The notes under the pieces were generated by a model, which was not told where the DNA came from, searched no databases, and worked only from the letters and a program-made list of their open reading frames with translations. The translations under genes were made by a program, and so were the position numbers. 64,000 bases of DNA, taken from Oxalobacteraceae bacterium. GTDB taxonomy: Bacteria; Pseudomonadota; Gammaproteobacteria; Burkholderiales; Burkholderiaceae_D. The stretch is taken from the NCBI GenBank assembly GCA_021768485.1, contig JAIZVZ010000008.1:8736-72735 (forward strand), given 5' to 3'. Shown in pieces: positions 40,739 through 50,369 of this stretch; the stretch's first letter is position 1; each line of letters opens with the position of its first letter.

Positions 40739-41929
40739 TTAATTTCTTAACAATACTTGTTCGCGCGAACACCACCAGCGGCAAAAACGCAGCAAGATGC
40801 CGGCGATCACTGTCGTCGATAAAAAAATCAATAAAAACATCCGGTAATCCATGGTGCCCTTGACCAGTTCGCGCATTGCCAGTGAAACATTGGTCAGTGG
40901 CACCAGGGCCCAGCCCCAGTTCAGCGTCACCCCCGGCAGCACCGCCAGCATGACGGGCAGCAGCACGACCAGCATCAGCGGCTGGATATAGCCTTGCGCT
41001 TCCTTAAAGCTTTTTGCATAGAGCGAAATCGAGAGCAAGAGCGCGGCAAAGATGGCGGCGGTCGGCAACAGCATCAGCGCCAGCATGGCCAAGTCGGCGC
41101 CGCCGATGCTGCGCATCATCTGCGCCAGACCGGGATCGATGGCATTGCCGAAAAATGTCACCAGCAGCGCAATGCTGATCACCATCAGCAGAGCCGAAGT
41201 CAGGCCGGCGGTGAAGATGACGCCGAATTTGGCCAGCACCAGCGCGCCGCGCGAAACCGGCGCCAGCAACAGCGATTCGAGCGTGCCGCGTTCCTTTTCG
41301 CCGGCGCCGATATCGATGGCCGGATACATGGCCGCGATCAGGCAAACGATGACGAGGATATAAGGCAGCACGCGGCCGACGATCTCGCCCATCTGTTCGC
41401 GCTGGTCGGCGCTCGAATGCTTTTCGAGCGCGATCGGGTTGAGCAAAAACGCCAGTTGCTGGTCGCTCAGGTGCATGGCCGGCAGCGCATTGCGCCGCAA
41501 GGCGCCATTTTCAGCATCGATGACGGTGCGCACGCGTTTGGCGACGACGTCGACTGCGGTCGCGGTGTTGTAGTGCAATTGCACACGTATGCCGCCGGCG
41601 CCGGCAGCGGCCGGCGCCGGGACGATGACCAGAGCAAAGCGGATCTTGTCGCTGTTGATGGCGCTGTTGATCTGGCTTTGGCTGGCGATCTCGACCAATT
41701 TGAAGGTTTTGTCGGCGGCGAAGCGGGCCGCCAGCGCCGGTGCGTTTTCCTGGCCGAAGACGGCATAGGACAGCTTGGCCTGGTAAGCATTGCGGCTCAT
41801 GACATAGGAAATATAACCGAAGCCGAAACTGAGCAGCGGCATTACCAGAATCGGGATGATGACCGTGAAGATCAGCGTCTTGCGGTCGCGCATCAACTCG
41901 CCGATCTCCTTCAGATAAATGGTCCACAT
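40739..41929 (-). CDS. ABC-2 family permease (NatB-like)
   Basis: 396 aa. One N-terminal transmembrane segment, a large extracytoplasmic loop, then about 5 C-terminal transmembrane segments. It lies 1 nt after the stop of the ATPase gene. Confidence 0.8.
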   Translation of the reverse strand: MWTIYLKEIGELMRDRKTLIFTVIIPILVMPLLSFGFGYISYVMSRNAYQAKLSYAVFGQENAPALAARFAADKTFKLVEIASQSQINSAINSDKIRFALVIVPAPAAAGAGGIRVQLHYNTATAVDVVAKRVRTVIDAENGALRRNALPAMHLSDQQLAFLLNPIALEKHSSADQREQMGEIVGRVLPYILVIVCLIAAMYPAIDIGAGEKERGTLESLLLAPVSRGALVLAKFGVIFTAGLTSALLMVISIALLVTFFGNAIDPGLAQMMRSIGGADLAMLALMLLPTAAIFAALLLSISLYAKSFKEAQGYIQPLMLVVLLPVMLAVLPGVTLNWGWALVPLTNVSLAMRELVKGTMDYRMFLLIFLSTTVIAGILLRFCRWWCSREQVLLRN

Positions 41930-41930
41930 C

Positions 41931-42734
41931 TTATTGTTCCTCTTCGATCACGCGCACGAAGGCATCGACGAGCTCGTGGCGGCCGGCGCGATGGCGCAGC
42001 TCGGCCAGACTGCCGAAAAACGCCGTCCGGCCGTGATTGATGATGCACACCCGGTCGCACAGTTTTTCAACCTCGTGCAAATGGTGGGTCGAAAATATCA
42101 GCGGTATGCCGAGCACTTTATAGCTGGCGATAAAATCGAGCAAAGTCTGGGCGGCCATCACGTCAAGGCCCGTGGTCGGCTCGTCGAGGATGACGACGGC
42201 CGGATGGTGAACCACGGCGCGCGCGATTGCGCATTTCTGTTTCATGCCGGTCGAGAGCTGGTCGGCGCGGCGTTCGGCGAAGTCGTGCATGTTCAGCAGG
42301 GTGAACAGGTCGTCGATCCGCGCTTTCAGCTGCGCCGGCGCCATGCGGTGCAGGCGGCCGAAATATTCGACGTTTTCGCGCGTCGACAGGCGGCCGTACA
42401 GGCCGGTGCTGCCGGACAGGAAACCGATTTTCTGGCGAGCCATCTGCGGCTCTTTCAGCAAATCGACGCCGTCGAGCATGACGCTGCCGCTGTCGGCCGC
42501 CAGCGCCGTCGACAGCAGGCGCAAGGTCGTGGTCTTGCCGGCGCCGTTAGGGCCGAGCAGGCCCAGCACTTCGCCGTTTTGACACGCAAAACCGACATCG
42601 CTGACGGCCTTAAACCAGCCGTCGTGCTGGCGGCGGTCGGCGGCCGCACTGTCGGCCGGCGGTGCGGCGCTTTTGCGGGCGGCGCGCGTGGAGGAAATAC
42701 GAAAACGCTTGCTCAGATTCTTTACTTCTATCAT
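41931..42734 (-). CDS. ABC transporter ATP-binding protein (NatA-like)
   Basis: Walker A GPNGAGKTT, signature STGMKQKCAIARA, Walker B VILDEPTTG. Confidence 0.88.
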   Translation of the reverse strand: MIEVKNLSKRFRISSTRAARKSAAPPADSAAADRRQHDGWFKAVSDVGFACQNGEVLGLLGPNGAGKTTTLRLLSTALAADSGSVMLDGVDLLKEPQMARQKIGFLSGSTGLYGRLSTRENVEYFGRLHRMAPAQLKARIDDLFTLLNMHDFAERRADQLSTGMKQKCAIARAVVHHPAVVILDEPTTGLDVMAAQTLLDFIASYKVLGIPLIFSTHHLHEVEKLCDRVCIINHGRTAFFGSLAELRHRAGRHELVDAFVRVIEEEQ

Positions 42735-42906
42735 GCCGACATCCGATATCGAGAAAAATCATGGGCGAAATAGGGAATTTACTCTATATAATCGGATAAG
42801 TGTTATATAAGCAATAAATTTTGGCGTGATGTACAGCAGTCCGCTCAATGTTCCGGCAATCTTTCTGCTGCCTGTCTGCCTTCTTTTTCATTTTCTTTCT
42901 TTTTCG

Positions 42907-43860
42907 ATGAGTAATACAGAGGCTTTGCCCCGCTCCGCCGATCTGCACGCCGGCGACTGCGCCAATTGCGGCGCCGCCCTGGGCGGTCCCTATTGTGCCC
43001 AATGCGGTCAGCACCACCATGTCGAGATGCCGACCTTATGGGAATTTGTGCATGAATATCTGCATCATTACGTCGCCCTCGAGGGCAAGCTCGGGCGCAC
43101 TCTAGGGCTGTTATTGTGCCGTCCCGGGCGCCTGAGCCTCGAATACCTGGCCGGGCGGCGCCAGCGCTATGTAAAGCCGCTGCAATTGTATTTCACGGTC
43201 AGCTTTTTATTCTTTATCGCGCTCAGCTTTCACGGCAGTACGCCGCCGGACGAAGCGGGCGCCGGGCCGCGCGGGCAGAAATATGCCGCCGTCTCGATTT
43301 TGCAGAAACAAGGCGAGCTTGTCGTGCTGAATAGAGCAGGCTCGGCGCCGGCCAGCGCGGCCAATGCCGGCGGCGCCGAAGGCCTCTCGTTCGATTTCGG
43401 TTTCGCGGCGCCGGCAATGCGGCGCTGGAATGCGCATCTGAATGCGCGCCTGGCTGAATTTTCGGCCGACCCCATGCCGGCCTTGCGCAAATTGGGCCGG
43501 CAAATGCTCGGCTATGCACCGTATGGCGTATTTTTTCTGGTGCCGGTGTTCGCCCTTTTCCTGTGGCTACTGTTTTATCGGCGGCGCTTGCGTTACGGCG
43601 CCCATCTGGTGTTTGCGCTGCATCTGCATGCGCTGAGCTTTTTATTGTTTTTGCTATTGTTATTGCTGCCTTTGCCATCCTGGGGCGGCTTTGCCGGTTT
43701 TTGTGCGCTGACGGCGTATTTTGTGCTGGCCATGCGGACCATGTATGGCGGGCGCTGGCGGTGGCTGCTGGCACGCCTGGGCCTGCTGTTTTCCGTGTAT
43801 GGGCTGTGCGCCGGCCTGGCCTTGCTGGCGCTGACCATGCTGGCCCTGAGCGCGGCATAG
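42907..43860 (+). CDS. DUF3667-like membrane protein with an N-terminal zinc ribbon
   Basis: CANCGAALGGPYCAQCGQ followed by FVHEYLHHYVALEGKLGRTL and several transmembrane segments. I chose the ATG at 42907. Confidence 0.6.
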   Translation: MSNTEALPRSADLHAGDCANCGAALGGPYCAQCGQHHHVEMPTLWEFVHEYLHHYVALEGKLGRTLGLLLCRPGRLSLEYLAGRRQRYVKPLQLYFTVSFLFFIALSFHGSTPPDEAGAGPRGQKYAAVSILQKQGELVVLNRAGSAPASAANAGGAEGLSFDFGFAAPAMRRWNAHLNARLAEFSADPMPALRKLGRQMLGYAPYGVFFLVPVFALFLWLLFYRRRLRYGAHLVFALHLHALSFLLFLLLLLLPLPSWGGFAGFCALTAYFVLAMRTMYGGRWRWLLARLGLLFSVYGLCAGLALLALTMLALSAA

Positions 43861-43881
43861 GGCGGGCCGGCAGGGTACAAT

Positions 43882-44100
43882 ATGCGCATGGAAATCACGC
43901 TGGCCGAGCTCGAGCAGGCGATCAATTACTGGCGTGCGCGACAGCCCTCGCAAGGCGTGGAGCGGGCGCTGTCGGCGCCGGTCGATGCGCTGGCCGAACT
44001 GTATGCGCGCATGATTTTCTACCGGCGCGCCAGCATCGCCGTGGCCGCGCTGGACAGCACCCTGCAGCAGCTGCTGCAGGTGGCGCGCGAGCAGAAATGA
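43882..44100 (+). CDS. small conserved protein, DUF3717-like
   Basis: 72 aa. MEITLAELEQAINYWRAR, recognised by eye. Confidence 0.45.
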   Translation: MRMEITLAELEQAINYWRARQPSQGVERALSAPVDALAELYARMIFYRRASIAVAALDSTLQQLLQVAREQK

Positions 44101-44150
44101 CGCCGGCAGGCCGGTTTTTGACTGCCCCCTATTTGACCCCTATTCCGAGG

Positions 44151-44648
44151 ATGACCTTGACCCCCGACTTTGAACACAAAATTGTCTCCCGCGCCGATTT
44201 CAAGGCCCGCCTGGCGACGCTGCCGCGACCGCTGGTGCTGACCAACGGCGTTTTCGACATCCTGCACCGCGGGCATGTCAGCTATCTGGCGGCCGCGCGC
44301 GCATTGGGCGGCGCCGGCGCTTCGCTGATCGTCGGCGTCAATACCGATGCCTCGGTCAAGCGCTTGGGCAAGGGCGACGATCGGCCGCTCAATAGCTGCG
44401 CCGACCGCATGGCGGTGATTGCCGCGCTCGAGGCGGTGACGCTGGTGGTGCCGTTCGACGAAGACACGGCGCTCGAACTGGTGCAGGAAGCGCGCGTCGA
44501 CCTGTACGTCAAGGGCGGCGATTACGACATGAATGCGATACCCGAAGGCATCGCCGTGCAATCGTACGGCGGCCGCGCGGTGGCGATCGCGTTCGAGCAC
44601 GACCGTTCGACCAGCAAATTGCTGGCCAAGGTGCGCGGCGCCCAGTAA
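44151..44648 (+). CDS. hldC: D-glycero-beta-D-manno-heptose 1-phosphate adenylyltransferase (RfaE domain II type)
   Basis: LTNGVFDILHRGHVSYL cytidylyltransferase motif. The upstream part of the long ORF overlaps other genes. Confidence 0.85.
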   Translation: MTLTPDFEHKIVSRADFKARLATLPRPLVLTNGVFDILHRGHVSYLAAARALGGAGASLIVGVNTDASVKRLGKGDDRPLNSCADRMAVIAALEAVTLVVPFDEDTALELVQEARVDLYVKGGDYDMNAIPEGIAVQSYGGRAVAIAFEHDRSTSKLLAKVRGAQ

Positions 44649-44709
44649 AGACCGGCAAAGCACGGTCCGGCAGAGTCTTGGGCCGGCCTGCGGTGCCTGG
44701 CCGCCGGGC

Positions 44710-45189
44710 TCAGCTGCCGCCCAGATAGCCGTTCTGGCGCCACGCTTCGTAGACCACCACGGCGACCGTATTGGACAGGTTCAGGCTGCGATTGTCGGGG
44801 CGCATCGGCAGGCGGATGCGCTGCGCCGGCGGGAAAAAGCCGTCGCGCAGCTCGGGCGCCATGCCTTTGGTTTCGGAACCGAACACGAAGACGTCGCCCG
44901 GCAAGAAGGCCTGGGCGGCGAACGGCTGCGAGCCGTGCGTGGTCAGCGCGAACATGCGGCGCTGATCGGGCTGGACGCGCTCGATGAAGGCTTGCCAGTT
45001 GGCATGCACCTGCATTGTCATATAGTCGCGGTAATCGAGGCCGGCACGGCGCATCTTGGCATCGTCGAGCGGAAAGCCGAGCGGTTCGATCAGGTGCAGC
45101 TGGGCGCCGGTGTTGGCGCACAGGCGGATGATGTTGCCCGTATTGGGCGGAATTTCTGGTTCGACCAGGACGACGTGAAACAAAAACAT
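44710..45189 (-). CDS. trmL: tRNA (cytidine/uridine-2'-O)-methyltransferase TrmL
   Basis: 159 aa SpoU-type. VVLVEPEIPPNTGNIIRLCANTG, FGSETKG. Confidence 0.9.
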   Translation of the reverse strand: MFLFHVVLVEPEIPPNTGNIIRLCANTGAQLHLIEPLGFPLDDAKMRRAGLDYRDYMTMQVHANWQAFIERVQPDQRRMFALTTHGSQPFAAQAFLPGDVFVFGSETKGMAPELRDGFFPPAQRIRLPMRPDNRSLNLSNTVAVVVYEAWRQNGYLGGS

Positions 45190-45194
45190 TCTCC

Positions 45195-45977
45195 TTAATA
45201 TTGCGGCGCCGCGGTGCGCGCAAAAACAAAATTACTGACACGTGCAGCGCCGAAGCGCTTGAGCATGGCCGCCATGTCGGCCAGCGTGTGGCCGGTGGTC
45301 ATGACATCGTCGACCACGCCCACATGCAGGCCGCGCACGGTCTGCAGTGCGTGCGGCGCCAGCACGAAGGCGCCGCCGGTATTGCGGGCGCGGGCGGCCG
45401 CAGGCAGCTGCGCCTGCGCCGCCGTCTCGCGCCGCCTGACGGTCAGCCGGGCGTCGAGCGCCAGCCCCAGTTCGCGCGCCAGCGGCCGGGCGATTTCGAG
45501 CGCCTGATTGAAGCCGCGCGCGGCCAGGCGGCGCGGCCCCAGCGGGACCGGACACAGCAGATCGGGCAGAGACCAGCCGTCGGCGGCCAGCGCCGCCTCG
45601 GCGCTCCGCGCCAGGGCGCCGGCCATCCACGGCGCAAGCGCCAGGCGGCCGCAAAACTTCAATTCCAGCAGCAGACGGTCGAGCGGTGCGCCATAGTCGC
45701 CGGCCGCGAGCGTGGCGTCAAATGGCGGCCGATCTGCCAGGCAGGCGCCGCAACGCTGGTGCGCCGCGGCGCCGGCGGCCAGCGCCAGCGCGCACTGCCG
45801 GCAGCGCCTCGTCGCAGCCGGCAGATAGCGCGCCTGGCATGCCTGGCACAGGGCCTGCTCACTGTGCTGCTCGCACAGCGCGCAGGAAAACGGCAGCCAT
45901 GCCGAGAGCGAGGGCAGGCCGGCGCGCAGCGTCCGGACCCAGGACCTGATTGCCAGCCTGTTTTGCGTACGTGTCAC
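45195..45977 (-). CDS. ComF family protein (phosphoribosyltransferase domain)
   Basis: N-terminal Cys pairs (CALCEQ...CQAC) and PRTase motif VGVVDDVMTTGHTL. Confidence 0.8.
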   Translation of the reverse strand: MTRTQNRLAIRSWVRTLRAGLPSLSAWLPFSCALCEQHSEQALCQACQARYLPAATRRCRQCALALAAGAAAHQRCGACLADRPPFDATLAAGDYGAPLDRLLLELKFCGRLALAPWMAGALARSAEAALAADGWSLPDLLCPVPLGPRRLAARGFNQALEIARPLARELGLALDARLTVRRRETAAQAQLPAAARARNTGGAFVLAPHALQTVRGLHVGVVDDVMTTGHTLADMAAMLKRFGAARVSNFVFARTAAPQY

Positions 45978-46057
45978 GAATGCGGCTCCGGCGGTTCCAG
46001 TGTAGACTAGCCATTATCGCATTTCCTGCGAATTCATTTCCCAACATTGTCAATTGA

Positions 46058-47041
46058 ATGTCCGAGCGTCCTGTCCATTCCAATTCCGCCGCAGCGGGCC
46101 AGCAAGCGAGCGCGTCGCCAGATGCGTCACTGAGTGCGTCACTGAGTGCGCCGATCGACATCGCGCTGGTGCGACGTCTGTTCTCGCGCCCGCAGCGGGT
46201 GGCCGAGGCCGATTTTTTGCGGCGTGAAATCGCCAACCGCATGCATGAGCGGCTGGCCTTGATCAAAATCGCGCCGCAGCACATGCTCGATGCCGGCTGC
46301 GGCGCCGGCGCCGATCTCGGCCTGTTGCATACGCAATTTCCGGCTGCCGCGCTGCTCGGGCTCGATCTGTCGCCGGCCATGCTGGCGCAGGCGGCGGCGC
46401 CGCGGCCGCCATCGGGCGTGCAGCGCTGGCTGAGCAAGTTGCTGCCGGGGCGCGCCGGAGCGGCGCTGGTCTGCGCCGATTTTTCTCAATTGCCGCTGGC
46501 CGCCAATTCGCTTGATCTGATCTGGTCGAATCTGGCGCTGCACTGGCATGCTCAGCCCGACCGCGTGTTTGCCGAATGGCGGCGCGTCTTGCGTCTGCAC
46601 GGCTTATTGATGTTTTCCTGTTTCGGCCCCGATACCTTTAAGGAATTGCGCAGCGCTTTCGCCGCCAGCGGCGTGGCGCAGGCGGCGCCGGTCTTGCCTT
46701 TCGTCGATATGCACGATTTTGGCGATATGCTGGTCGGCGCCGGCTTTGCCACGCCGGTGATGGATATGGAAACGCTGACCATTACCTACCCCAATGCCGA
46801 TAAACTGCTGGCCGATGTCAGGGCACTGGGCGGCAATCCCTTGCGCACGCGCGCCCGCGGCCTGGGCGGCCGGCGACGCTGGCAAGCGGTCAAGTCGGCG
46901 CTCGAGCGCATGCGCCGCGCCGACGGCACGATTGGATTGACGATTGAAGTCATTTACGGCCATGCTTTCCGGCCGGTGGCGCGCAGCACCGCGCAAGGCG
47001 AGGCAATCATCCGTTTCGATTTGCCGAAAAAACCACGCTGA
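46058..47041 (+). CDS. bioC: SAM-dependent methyltransferase, probably malonyl-ACP O-methyltransferase BioC
   Basis: SAM motif LDAGCGAGAD and LIWSNLALHW. The context (comF divergent) is typical. Confidence 0.7.
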   Translation: MSERPVHSNSAAAGQQASASPDASLSASLSAPIDIALVRRLFSRPQRVAEADFLRREIANRMHERLALIKIAPQHMLDAGCGAGADLGLLHTQFPAAALLGLDLSPAMLAQAAAPRPPSGVQRWLSKLLPGRAGAALVCADFSQLPLAANSLDLIWSNLALHWHAQPDRVFAEWRRVLRLHGLLMFSCFGPDTFKELRSAFAASGVAQAAPVLPFVDMHDFGDMLVGAGFATPVMDMETLTITYPNADKLLADVRALGGNPLRTRARGLGGRRRWQAVKSALERMRRADGTIGLTIEVIYGHAFRPVARSTAQGEAIIRFDLPKKPR

Positions 47042-47167
47042 AACGCTGCGCGCTGCCAGAAAAAAGCACGCGCCGGTTTTAACTTGATGAAATATGGCAT
47101 TATTGATTATAATCGCAGATGGTGTAATGGCAATCCAGGTTTCTTCCTGCGCGTCGCCAAATAAAAT

Positions 47168-47181
47168 TTGATCTACATCAG
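47168..47181. promoter_or_regulatory. FNR/Anr-like box upstream of coxB
   Basis: TTGATCTACATCAG matches the consensus TTGAT-N4-ATCAA at 9 of 10 positions. It lies 181 nt upstream of the coxB ATG. Confidence 0.3.
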
Positions 47182-47361
47182 GTATGATGCGTGCACTGAG
47201 ATGCATGTTTAAAATGCACATGCCGAGTGATTCATTCCTAGTCCTTGTTTCTTGTATTACGCAATCGTATCTATGACGCCGCAATCGGGGCGGAGGGGCG
47301 GCGCGGCTTCGCCCTTGTTCGATGTTAGAGAAATTCCTATTCTTGGCTGGCTGGAGAAAAC

Positions 47362-48561
47362 ATGAGAGATGCAAAGCGACTTCAATCGTTTCTGTTCGGC
47401 TTGTCGGCGCTGGCCGCTGCCGTGCCGGCGCGCGCTGCCGAGGCAGTCGTCGATATCGTCGGCGGGCCGGCTGTGCGCGAGATGAATCTGCAGCCGCCGG
47501 TGACGCAAATTGCGTCGCAAATTTATTCGCTGCACACCTGGGTCATGGTGGTGTGCCTGGTGATTTTCATCGCCGTCTTCGGCGTCATGTTTTATTCGAT
47601 TCTGAAACACCGCAAATCGCTGGGCCATAAGCCGGCCACCTTTCACGAAAGCACTGCGGTCGAGATTGCCTGGACTGTCGTGCCGTTTTTGATCGTGATC
47701 GGCATGGCCTTGCCGGCCACCAAGACGGTGGTGGCGATGAAAGATACGACGAATGCCGATATCACGATCAAGGCTACCGGCATGCAATGGAAATGGGGTT
47801 ACGATTATCTCAAGGGCGAGGGCGAAGGCATTGCTTTCCTGTCCAATCTGTCGACCCCGCGCAGCCAGGTCGGCGCGCCCGGCGTGGCGCCCACCGAGGC
47901 GCGCAGCCCGACTTACCTGATTGAGGTCGATAATCCGGTAGTGGTTCCGGTCAACAAGAAAATCCGTATCGTCACCACGGCCAACGATGTCATCCACGCC
48001 TGGTCGATTCCGGCTTTCGGCGTCAAGCAAGATGCGATTCCCGGCTTTGTGCGCGATACGTGGTTCAAGGCGGAAAAAATCGGCACGTACCGCGGCCAAT
48101 GCGCCGAGCTGTGCGGCAAGGAACACGCTTTCATGCCGATTGTCGTCAATGTCGTCTCCGATGCCGACTATAAGATCTGGGTCGAGGCCAAAAAGAAGGA
48201 AATGGCGGCCAATGCCGACGATCCGAGCAAGACCTGGACGCTTGACGAATTGAAGCAGCGCGGCGAAAAAGTCTATGCCGCCAATTGCGTGGTGTGCCAC
48301 CAAGCCACGGGCAAGGGCGTGCCGAGCGCGTTTGCGGCGCTCGACGGTTCGCCGGTGGTCAACGGGCCGAAGGCGGAACAGATCAAGGTTTTACTCAATG
48401 GTAAGAGCAGCGGCAAATTCCCGGCCCAGATGCCGGGCTGGAAGCAATTGTCCGATACCGAAATCGCCGCCGTGATCACTTACACGCGCAACAGCTGGTC
48501 GAACAAGGCCGCCGAAAACATCGTCCAGCCGGCTGAAGTGTCGGCCGCGCGCAAGCTATAA
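47362..48561 (+). CDS. coxB: cytochrome c oxidase subunit II with a C-terminal cytochrome c domain
   Basis: CuA site GQCAELCGKEHAFM and heme c motif CVVCHQ. Confidence 0.92.
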   Translation: MRDAKRLQSFLFGLSALAAAVPARAAEAVVDIVGGPAVREMNLQPPVTQIASQIYSLHTWVMVVCLVIFIAVFGVMFYSILKHRKSLGHKPATFHESTAVEIAWTVVPFLIVIGMALPATKTVVAMKDTTNADITIKATGMQWKWGYDYLKGEGEGIAFLSNLSTPRSQVGAPGVAPTEARSPTYLIEVDNPVVVPVNKKIRIVTTANDVIHAWSIPAFGVKQDAIPGFVRDTWFKAEKIGTYRGQCAELCGKEHAFMPIVVNVVSDADYKIWVEAKKKEMAANADDPSKTWTLDELKQRGEKVYAANCVVCHQATGKGVPSAFAALDGSPVVNGPKAEQIKVLLNGKSSGKFPAQMPGWKQLSDTEIAAVITYTRNSWSNKAAENIVQPAEVSAARKL

Positions 48562-48576
48562 ATTGAGGAGTTTGAG

Positions 48577-50196
48577 ATGAGCACAAACACAATCGAACAC
48601 GCGCACGGGATTGACGACGGTCACGGCCACGAGCACGCCCACGACGACCATCACGCGCAGCCGACCGGTTTCCGGCGCTGGCTGTTTGCCACCAATCACA
48701 AGGACATCGGCACGCTGTATCTGTGGTTCTCGATCGCCATGCTGATGTCGGGCGGCGTGCTGGCCTTATTGATCCGCGCCGAGCTGTTCCAGCCCGGTCT
48801 GCAGTTTTTCAATCCGGAGCTGTTCAATCAGCTGACCACCATGCACGGCCTGATGATGGTGTTCGGCGCCATCATGCCGGCCTTCGTCGGCTTTGCCAAC
48901 TGGATGATCCCGCTGCAGATCGGCGCGTCCGACATGGCTTTTGCGCGCATGAACAATTTTTCGTTCTGGCTGCTGCCGCCGGCGGCGATTTTGCTGGCGT
49001 CGTCCTTTCTGGCGCCGGGCGGCGCCACCGCGGCCGGCTGGACGCTGTATGCGCCGCTGTCGACCCAGATGGGGATCGGCATGGACATGGGCATTTTCGC
49101 GATCCATCTGATGGGCGCGTCGTCGATCATGGGCGCGATCAACATCATCACGACTATTTTGAACATGCGCGCGCCAGGCATGACCTTGATGAAAATGCCG
49201 ATGTTTTGCTGGACCTGGCTGATCACGGCCTACCTGCTGATTGCCGTCATGCCGGTGCTGGCCGGCGCCATCACGATGACGCTGACCGATCGCCATTTCG
49301 GCACCTCCTTCTTTAATGCGGCCGGCGGCGGCGACCCCATCATGTACCAGCATATCTTCTGGTTCTTCGGCCACCCCGAGGTCTACATCATGATCTTGCC
49401 GGCCTTCGGCATCATCTCGCAAATCATTCCGGCCTTTGCCCGCAAGCCGCTGTTCGGCTATGCCTCGATGGTCTATGCCACGGCCTCGATCGCGATCCTG
49501 TCCTTCATCGTCTGGGCCCATCACATGTTCACGACCGGCATGCCGGTGACCGGGCAATTGTTCTTCATGTATGCAACGATGCTGATCGCGGTGCCGACCG
49601 GGGTCAAGGTCTTCAACTGGATCGCCACCATGTGGCGCGGTTCGATGACGTTCGAGACGCCGATGCTGTTTGCGGTCGGCTTCATCTTCGTGTTCACCAT
49701 GGGCGGCTTTACCGGCCTGATGCTGGCCGTGACGCCGGTCGACATCCAGTTGCAAGACACCTATTATGTGGTGGCCCACTTCCATTACGTGCTGGTGGCC
49801 GGCTCCCTGTTTGCGATGTTCGCCGGTTTTTATTACTGGTCGCCGAAGTGGACCGGCTTCATGTATAGCGAAGGCCGCGGCAAGTTCCATTTCTGGGGCT
49901 CGCTCGTCACTTTCAACATCACGTTTTTCCCCATGCATTTCCTGGGCCTGGCCGGCATGCCGCGCCGTTATGCCGATTATCCGGCGCAATTTACGGACTT
50001 TAATATGCTGGCCTCGATCGGCGCCCTCGGCTTCGGCCTGATGCAGGCGTATTTCGTGCTGTTCATCGTGATTCCGACCATTCGTGGCGGCAAGAAGGCC
50101 GAGGCCAAACCGTGGGAAGGGGCTGAAGGCCTCGAATGGACGGTGCCCAGCCCGGCCCCGTTCCATACTTTTGAAACACCGCCGACCGTCAAGTGA
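48577..50196 (+). CDS. ctaD: cytochrome c oxidase subunit I
   Basis: 539 aa. [27 protein letters not shown]. Confidence 0.96.
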   Translation: MSTNTIEHAHGIDDGHGHEHAHDDHHAQPTGFRRWLFATNHKDIGTLYLWFSIAMLMSGGVLALLIRAELFQPGLQFFNPELFNQLTTMHGLMMVFGAIMPAFVGFANWMIPLQIGASDMAFARMNNFSFWLLPPAAILLASSFLAPGGATAAGWTLYAPLSTQMGIGMDMGIFAIHLMGASSIMGAINIITTILNMRAPGMTLMKMPMFCWTWLITAYLLIAVMPVLAGAITMTLTDRHFGTSFFNAAGGGDPIMYQHIFWFFGHPEVYIMILPAFGIISQIIPAFARKPLFGYASMVYATASIAILSFIVWAHHMFTTGMPVTGQLFFMYATMLIAVPTGVKVFNWIATMWRGSMTFETPMLFAVGFIFVFTMGGFTGLMLAVTPVDIQLQDTYYVVAHFHYVLVAGSLFAMFAGFYYWSPKWTGFMYSEGRGKFHFWGSLVTFNITFFPMHFLGLAGMPRRYADYPAQFTDFNMLASIGALGFGLMQAYFVLFIVIPTIRGGKKAEAKPWEGAEGLEWTVPSPAPFHTFETPPTVK

Positions 50197-50246
50197 GCCG
50201 GCTGTATTTGCCGATAAATCCGATAAATGAAGCAATAGCGGAACCG

Positions 50247-50363
50247 ATGGATGAGATGACTGCACCGAAAAAGCCCAGCAACACGCGGACCGGATGGATA
50301 TTGGCCTCGGTGGCCTTGGTGTTTTTTGTCGGCATTTTTATCCGCCGGCTGTGGCTGGCCTGA
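50247..50363 (+). CDS. 38-aa single-transmembrane small protein (likely the cytochrome oxidase small assembly protein); absent from the supplied ORF track
   Basis: ATG at 50247 to TGA at 50361-50363 encodes MDEMTAPKKPSNTRTGWILASVALVFFVGIFIRRLWLA. It sits between ctaD and ctaG. Confidence 0.5.
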   Translation: MDEMTAPKKPSNTRTGWILASVALVFFVGIFIRRLWLA

Positions 50364-50369
50364 GCGGGC

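Noticed and set aside
43563-44150. 196-aa N-terminal extension of the hldC ORF
   Set aside because: It overlaps the 3' end of the DUF3667 gene and the whole DUF3717 gene in other frames. The cytidylyltransferase similarity starts only after the ATG at 44151.
48766-50265. 499-aa ORF antisense to cytochrome oxidase subunit I
   Set aside because: Subunit I is among the most recognisable proteins in the window. The antisense frame has no motifs.
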